DNA of 23,195 nt from a virus. Its lineage: Duplodnaviria; Heunggongvirae; Uroviricota; Caudoviricetes. This document shows positions 18,181-23,195 of the stretch, piece by piece. A model generated the notes under the pieces. The model saw only the letters and a list, made by a program, of their open reading frames with translations, was not told the origin of the DNA and did not search any database. The stretch is taken from IMG/VR virus record IMGVR_UViG_2778261179_000020; one strand, 5' to 3'. The stretch's first letter is position 1, and each line of letters opens with the position of its first letter. Both the position numbers and the translations under genes were made by a program.

Positions 18181-18538
18181 GCTCCACCTCCTGGCGAATA
18201 CGGGCAGCGAATACCATCACGCAGCCATCAGGAGATTGCTGGCGTGCTTCCTGTTCGCTGGTGGCCTCGATGTGAATCACGCGCGGTTGTGCCGTACTCA
18301 GGGCGATAAAACGCCAGATAAAATTGTTTTCGCATTTCTGAATAAACAGCGTGTTTTCTTCGCGCCCTTTCCATGTTGCCGAGATATAGCCCATGTCATT
18401 GAGCATCTCGCAGGCATCAACCAGCGTATCGGCGGCTACGTGTACAGTGTTTTTACCGTCAGCAATGCAATCACGGTGCACCGCCAGGAAGGTGTATATA
18501 AATTTAGGGTGAGTTTGGGTATGCTGTGTTCCAGCCAT
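18173..18538 (-). CDS. Hypothetical protein (122 aa), first gene of the leftward replication operon
   Basis: ATG at 18538 with GAGGT 8 nt upstream; it is the C-terminal part of the stop-free track ORF 18173..19759, which I reject as a single protein. Confidence 0.5.
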   Translation of the reverse strand: MAGTQHTQTHPKFIYTFLAVHRDCIADGKNTVHVAADTLVDACEMLNDMGYISATWKGREENTLFIQKCENNFIWRFIALSTAQPRVIHIEATSEQEARQQSPDGCVMVFAARIRQEVEHV

Positions 18539-18604
18539 AATCGTTACCTCGTTTAACGGTTTGGTTAGACGCCCTGCATGTGTGCCACCACTGCGGGGCG
18601 TTGC

Positions 18605-18637
18605 TGTATATACACCACAACAATTGGTGTATATACA
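18605..18637. promoter_or_regulatory. Operator-like perfect inverted repeat in a divergent control region
   Basis: TGTATATACACC (18605-18616) - 9 nt - GGTGTATATACA (18626-18637); further ACACC/GGTGT half-sites downstream to about 18710; lies between the leftward operon and the rightward small ORF. Confidence 0.45.
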
Positions 18638-18728
18638 AATTAAATTTAAGTGTGCTACAGTGTCAAGTGTTTTATCAACACACCTTTTGGTGTAATGTGT
18701 ACACACCTCAAAATAACCGGACATTCTG

Positions 18729-19034
18729 ATGGCAACAGGAAACATCAACAGCAGATCGCAAATGAAAAATATCCGCTTCCCCCATGATGTAATCGAGGAA
18801 ATGGAAAATTCGAAAACGGAAGGGGAAACAATAGCCGCTTTCGTGATTACAGCCGTTCGCGGTGAAATCGCCCGCCGCCAGGCAGAAGGAAGCGGAGAAA
18901 ATCCCCTGGTTTCTTCGCTCGATGCCCTAGCGCAGGTGGAAAAAATCGGAGTCAAAGCTGCCGAGGAAATCGGGCAACTCGTCACCGTCGCGCGTGAAGA
19001 ACTCCAGCGGCGCAAAGCTAAAGAGCAGGAATAA
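18729..19034 (+). CDS. Possible ribbon-helix-helix-type DNA-binding protein
   Basis: 101-aa ORF (alternative start MKNIRF at 18762); beta-strand then helix pattern KNIRFPHDVIEEME / ETIAAFVITAVRGEIARRQ; composition typical of a real protein, unlike the antisense frame; weak SD. Confidence 0.4.
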   Translation: MATGNINSRSQMKNIRFPHDVIEEMENSKTEGETIAAFVITAVRGEIARRQAEGSGENPLVSSLDALAQVEKIGVKAAEEIGQLVTVAREELQRRKAKEQE

Positions 19035-19091
19035 CCACTATAGGTGCCGTGGTGTGAGGAACTACGGTGCATTATTTTACAGGGCAGCGCC

Positions 19092-19292
19092 ATGACCAAC
19101 AAAGAATCAACCAATACACCATCACCGGCACGGAAAAGACAGCGCAGAAAGATAGCGTACGAGCATGAGTCAGACAGATTCGCGCCCTGTGCGTTTGTCC
19201 TTGAGAAATTCCTTAAAGAGTACAGGCGCACAAAAATGGGGTCGCATACCTGGAAAACATCGCGGCATGGCAATGTTAAAGAGCAGGAATAG
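19092..19292 (+). CDS. Possible small basic protein (66 aa)
   Basis: Internal ATG of track ORF 19044..19292; basic; ends KEQE* like the preceding ORF; weak SD. Confidence 0.25.
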   Translation: MTNKESTNTPSPARKRQRRKIAYEHESDRFAPCAFVLEKFLKEYRRTKMGSHTWKTSRHGNVKEQE

Positions 19293-19368
19293 CCCACCAG
19301 CAAGCCAGCATATTCACCATAATGACCCTCAGTTAAACATAGAGTCATTGGTGCAAAGCTGACACATT

Positions 19369-19759
19369 GCCCACCAGCCGCAAATCTGGCATTGTTGGCG
19401 ATGCGTTCAAGTATGTAGCTTTCCCACTGGCGGCCCTCTGCGGTCGCCTTTGTTTTATCCAGAACGAAATCAGACATCAGATTGATCAGCACCTGGCGAC
19501 CTGACAAAATCGCATCAGTCGCGCCACCAGCAAAATTTTTTGCTTTCCGGACAGTGTGACCAACGACATTTTGCAGCAAAATATTCTGCATTTCTGGCGT
19601 GCTGTAGTAACGGTGATCAGCGCCTTCACTCTGTGCGACCACAACGCTATAATCTGCCTCGTAGACAGTAAGCAATATGGCGCAGTAGGCTATTCGTTCA
19701 CAAAGGCGCTCCGGCAACGGGGCGCTTTCTCTTTTTGTAACGGTCAGAGCGTTACACAT
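19369..19759 (-). CDS. Possible CDS downstream of the AntA-like gene; 3' end undefined (approximate)
   Basis: ATG at 19759 overlaps the AntA-like stop; the first ~130 codons look protein-like, but the frame has no stop until 18173 and the middle translation is Cys/Ser-rich. Confidence 0.25.
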
Positions 19760-20552
19760 GGCTGTTTTCCTCCATGCGACGGGCTAACCAACGCTGCGAA
19801 AGACGAATTAATTCAGCCTTCCGCTGGTGGTAGTCCTGGCCTAACTCAATCAGCGTGATATTGCTCTGCTCAAGGTAAGAAAGGTGCTCAAGCTGCAACG
19901 TGCTCATGTGGTCGCGTGGTTCGCCTGTAATGCCGTTCGCCAGTGCCCACTGTTTTGCAGTCATGCCACCCAGCACGATACGCGCCAGCATGTTCGCTTC
20001 CGTGGTGTAGTGGTGCTGGAGTGTGTTTTTACCCAGTTCAGCCCGGTACGCCTCCAGCGCGGCACACATTGGCTTAAAGTAGCTGGCAACTGTGATACGG
20101 GCTTTCAGTTCCCGGCGTAACGCTGCGGAACGAACAGGCGCAACCTTGTGTAGCTCCTCCTCGCATTTGATAAAGTACTGGCGAACGGCGCGGCCCTGTT
20201 CGGTACGTTCGACCATCGCCAGTTCTTTCGCCATGTTCACTGTGATGATGTACTCAAGAGCGGTTTGCTGGCGAGATTTTGCGCTCACCGGATCGGGTCG
20301 GCTCAAATATTCAACAACCTCATAATCCACGCCTTCCGTGAACCCATATTCTTCAATGCGCCCCTTGATCCACGAACGGAAAACGCGCCCTACACCTAAC
20401 GCCTTATGTAACGCTCTGGCGCTAACAATAGTGGTTTCACTCCCGCCAATAACGCCGGAAATAATCGGGATAATTTCGCCGAAATTTTGCAGATTCTGGT
20501 TTTCAGGCCGAACGAAGCCCCGCCCCTGTACGGGCGTTTTTGGAAATTTCAT
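19752..20552 (-). CDS. Phage antirepressor-like protein (AntA-type N-terminal domain)
   Basis: 266-aa ORF; ATG with AGGAG upstream; segment SARALHKALGVGRVFRSWIKGRIEEYGFTEGVDYEVV matches my recollection of the AntA domain. Confidence 0.65.
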   Translation of the reverse strand: MKFPKTPVQGRGFVRPENQNLQNFGEIIPIISGVIGGSETTIVSARALHKALGVGRVFRSWIKGRIEEYGFTEGVDYEVVEYLSRPDPVSAKSRQQTALEYIITVNMAKELAMVERTEQGRAVRQYFIKCEEELHKVAPVRSAALRRELKARITVASYFKPMCAALEAYRAELGKNTLQHHYTTEANMLARIVLGGMTAKQWALANGITGEPRDHMSTLQLEHLSYLEQSNITLIELGQDYHQRKAELIRLSQRWLARRMEENSHV

Positions 20553-20629
20553 AAAAACTCCTGCTATCGAATTAAGTTACTTTTATTTGCTGGTGGATAG
20601 CTGGGGGCAATAGCCCCGTAGCCATTTAA

Positions 20630-20827
20630 TCAGGTAGCTGTTCCGCGTGATTCCGCAATACGCTGATTAATCCACTCGTCAATTTCACTCTCAACGAAAG
20701 CAATAGCTCGCGAGCCAATTTTAACTGATGCAGGAAATTTACCTTGCCCCATAAGGCGATAAATCCATGCCTTGCTATATCCAGTTCTACGCTGAACTTC
20801 TGTTAAACGAATAAGCGTATTTGACAT
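20630..20827 (-). CDS. alpA: AlpA-family phage transcriptional regulator / excisionase-like
   Basis: 65-aa ORF; hallmark AlpA sequence LIRLTEVQRRTGYSKAWIYRLMGQGKFPASVKIGSRAIAFVESEIDEW; GAGGT SD. Confidence 0.85.
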   Translation of the reverse strand: MSNTLIRLTEVQRRTGYSKAWIYRLMGQGKFPASVKIGSRAIAFVESEIDEWINQRIAESRGTAT

Positions 20828-20896
20828 ATATTTACCTCATAACGTCTACTCAATTTGACGAGGTAATCATGGCACAGAAATAACGAATATTTTCAT

Positions 20897-21039
20897 ACCC
20901 TCAGGCCTAATGGTTACCGGAAGGAAATCTACCCTAAGGGTGATGGTAATCGGGAGGAAATCTACCCTAAGGGTGATGGTAAAATTGACGGGGAAGATAA
21001 AAAAATACCCTCAGGGTAACAGTAAATCACCCTCAGGGT
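20897..21039. promoter_or_regulatory. Operator array upstream of alpA: four full 11-bp palindromes ACCCTNAGGGT plus a half-site
   Basis: ACCCTAAGGGT at 20931-20941 and 20964-20974 (inside a 33-bp tandem duplication, 20917-20949 and 20950-20982); ACCCTCAGGGT at 21007-21017 and 21029-21039; partial ACCCTCAGG at 20897-20905. Confidence 0.5.
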
Positions 21040-21054
21040 ATGCGGTATGGTGCG

Positions 21055-21852
21055 TTAATCCGGCTTTGCGTTCTTTTGGCTGTTGTCTCGGTTAATAGGG
21101 CAGGCAGTCCTCTCTATGAGCGTTGCAAGTGCATTACTTGCCCCCCACTGCTTAAGCTCCCTGGTTATCGCTTCTTGATTTCCCCTGGTGGCAAAATCAT
21201 TTTCTGGATCGTAATTGGCCCACTCTCTGTTTCTAATCTCAATAGCCTTAGCTAATGGGTCTTTATCCCAGTATTTATATAAGTGTATCGGGCGCTCTTG
21301 CTCTAACTGCTCTATCCTTGCCCTTAACTCTGCGTTTTCTTTTTCCAGCATTGCGATTTGGGATAATAAATCATCCTCTGTACGCAACTCTTTCTTTTCA
21401 ATATCGCGTCCTTGTGCCTCGTCATTTTCAGAAGAGTTAGCGCCTTCCAGCTTCGTTAACGCGTCAAGGACATCGGGAAAAATTGCGAAAATTTCACCCC
21501 TTATAAATCCAATGTTCTCAAATTCGGGATCTTCCCAATAACCGGACACCAGAAAACCATTTTCATCCCTCTCACCAGGTAAACAACCACGTTTCCGAAC
21601 CGCATTCAGATTTCTATAAAGAACATCATTATCAAATTCATCCCGATACGGGTTACAAAAAGATTCCAACAGCTTAAATTCATTTACTGTGTACAGGCGG
21701 ATATGTTCTCCGCTTATTCTCCTGAGTATCCAAGTTATGACATCTGAAACATCATAATCATCACCAGCGACCTTAAGCACGACCTCAAGAAATTCACGTA
21801 AAGAAATAAAATCTTTTTTGTATTCGTTTAATTCGGCATGAATATCAATCAT
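21055..21852 (-). CDS. Hypothetical acidic coiled-coil protein (265 aa) between integrase and alpA
   Basis: ATG at 21852 with GAGGTG upstream (the track start at 21858 is GTG); coiled-coil segment LLSQIAMLEKENAELRARIEQLEQE; lower GC than neighbours; no recognisable catalytic motif. Confidence 0.55.
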   Translation of the reverse strand: MIDIHAELNEYKKDFISLREFLEVVLKVAGDDYDVSDVITWILRRISGEHIRLYTVNEFKLLESFCNPYRDEFDNDVLYRNLNAVRKRGCLPGERDENGFLVSGYWEDPEFENIGFIRGEIFAIFPDVLDALTKLEGANSSENDEAQGRDIEKKELRTEDDLLSQIAMLEKENAELRARIEQLEQERPIHLYKYWDKDPLAKAIEIRNREWANYDPENDFATRGNQEAITRELKQWGASNALATLIERTACPINRDNSQKNAKPD

Positions 21853-21980
21853 ACGCACACCTCAGCGTCCTCTACTGTAGTGGCTGTACCAGTCCGTCGA
21901 GGTGTACGGATTTTCGGGAGCGACCCTAGACACAGCCTTTTCTTTCGTCGCTCAAAGTCTACTACTGTATACTCAACCAG

Positions 21981-23195
21981 TCACCCGCATTTTCCGAACT
22001 CACCATGCACCACATTTCCGCCATGCTCGAGCGAATCCATATAATCAGCGTACCACTGAAGCATTTCCCGCCGCCCATCCAGATATTGCGCATGGTTGTA
22101 TGTGCCACGAATTGAGTTTTTATCGACGTGCGCAAGCTGTGTCTCTATCCACGCGGTGTTATAGCCCTGCTCATGCAAAATGGTGCTCATAGTGTGCCGG
22201 AAGCCATGACCAGTAACCTTTCCGTTATAGCCGATGCGTTTAAATACTTGGTTTATGCTAGCCTCGCTCATTGTTTTCCTTGGATCATTACGGCCGGGAA
22301 ACATAAGCGGATAATTGCCAGTTAGTTCTTTAATCTGCCCAATAAGCGAAAGAGCCTGCTCAGACAAAGGCACTACATGAGGGCGACGCATTTTCATCCG
22401 TGAAGCAGGTATCTCCCAGATAGCCTTGTTGAGATCGATTTCATCCCATAATGCACCGCGCAGTTCGCCAGTCCGCAAACCGGTGATAATCAGTAAACGA
22501 GCCGCCATAACAACCAATGCACTTCCTGAGTAACTGGACAATGCCTTGAAAAAATCAGGTAATTCTTTGGCTGTGAGGAAAGGATAATGATTAGATTCAT
22601 GACCTTGCATCGCGCTGGTGAGATCCGGTGCAGGGTTATACTCAGCACGTCCAGTGACAATTGCATAGCGGAAAACTTCCCCACATCGCTGCCTCACTTT
22701 TTTGGCTTTTTCGGTAGCACCGCGCCCCTCGATGCGCCGCAGCACATTCAGCAGTTCAAGTGGTTTGATTTCGGCGATTGGTTTTTTGCCAATGTAAGGG
22801 AACACATCTTTGTTGAAGGCTTCGAGGATGTCTGAAGCATAACCAGCAGACCATTTTTTTAATTTGCTGCTGTGCCACTCAAGGGCAATATCTTTGAAGG
22901 TGTTGTTTAACTGCGTTTCCCGGGCAATCTTTTCCTCTCGTTTCGCTTCCATCGGATCGATACCCCCAGCGATACCCCTTTTAGCTTCTTCACGTTTTGC
23001 ACGAGCATCAGCCAAGGTAACTTCAGGATACACACCTAGTGCTAACAGCTTCTCTTTACCAGCTACACGATACTTGAAGCGCCAATATTTTCCTCCACTA
23101 GGTTTTACCAAGAGATACAGACCACCACCATCAGCCAGCTTGTAAGCCTTCTCTTTTGGCTTGGCAGTGTCTATTTGACGGGCATTGAGTTTCAC
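21981..23195 (-). CDS. int: Tyrosine recombinase / phage integrase (P4-family-like); 5' end at or just beyond the window edge
   Basis: 404 codons; N-terminus ..KLNARQIDTAKPKEKAYKLADGGGLYLLVKPSGGKYWRFKYR typical of P4-type integrases; catalytic HGFRHT and Tyr-containing RGTYNHAQY near the C-terminus; first codon in the window is GTG. Confidence 0.9.
   Translation of the reverse strand: MKLNARQIDTAKPKEKAYKLADGGGLYLLVKPSGGKYWRFKYRVAGKEKLLALGVYPEVTLADARAKREEAKRGIAGGIDPMEAKREEKIARETQLNNTFKDIALEWHSSKLKKWSAGYASDILEAFNKDVFPYIGKKPIAEIKPLELLNVLRRIEGRGATEKAKKVRQRCGEVFRYAIVTGRAEYNPAPDLTSAMQGHESNHYPFLTAKELPDFFKALSSYSGSALVVMAARLLIITGLRTGELRGALWDEIDLNKAIWEIPASRMKMRRPHVVPLSEQALSLIGQIKELTGNYPLMFPGRNDPRKTMSEASINQVFKRIGYNGKVTGHGFRHTMSTILHEQGYNTAWIETQLAHVDKNSIRGTYNHAQYLDGRREMLQWYADYMDSLEHGGNVVHGEFGKCG

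Larger units (their letters stand above)
6297..23195 (-). mobile_element. Integrase-associated satellite/PICI-like element; left boundary uncertain, continues past the right edge
   Basis: Co-oriented integrase, AlpA, AntA-like, small-gene operon, primase with downstream iteron origin, and accessory low-GC cargo. No att repeats could be identified by eye. Confidence 0.5.

Noticed and set aside
18173-19759. Track ORF of 528 aa as a single protein
   Set aside because: The middle section is Cys/Ser-rich and low-complexity, overlaps a plausible + strand gene and an operator palindrome, and the last 122 codons have their own SD and ATG; treated as a composite read-through frame.
20910-21095. 61-aa + strand ORF with repeated MVIGRKSTLRVMV peptide
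   Set aside because: It is produced by translating the 33-bp tandem duplication and palindromes in the alpA upstream region.

Overview
The window reads as two mobile elements placed head to head in an E. coli-type genome, with a low-GC defence-like operon at their junction. All calls come from reading the sequence and ORF track by eye; no searches were run, and family names rest on motif recognition and recollection. (1) 1-6296, + strand: the distal module of a CP4-type cryptic prophage (P-loop GTPase, DUF932, WYL/DeoR regulator, small membrane protein, lipoprotein, DUF905, ArdB/KlcA antirestriction, RadC-like JAB, DUF987, CbeA antitoxin, CbtA toxin), ending in a terminator. (2) 6297-6957: AT-rich non-coding junction. 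(3) 6958-23195, - strand: a second integrase-associated element (satellite/PICI-like) whose tyrosine integrase starts at the right edge. Reading leftward from the integrase it carries an unknown acidic protein, AlpA, an AntA-like protein, a divergent operator, six overlapping small genes plus a P4-alpha-type primase, an iteron origin, FinO-like and PerC-like proteins, a low-GC lipoprotein/membrane pair, and a Nu1-like HTH protein beside a TTGACAC repeat array. It ends in a translationally coupled, visibly AT-rich operon: amino-methyltransferase + DUF262 (ParB-like) + HEPN. That operon is my best candidate for an undescribed restriction or abortive-infection system. No rRNA, tRNA or CRISPR array was recognisable.
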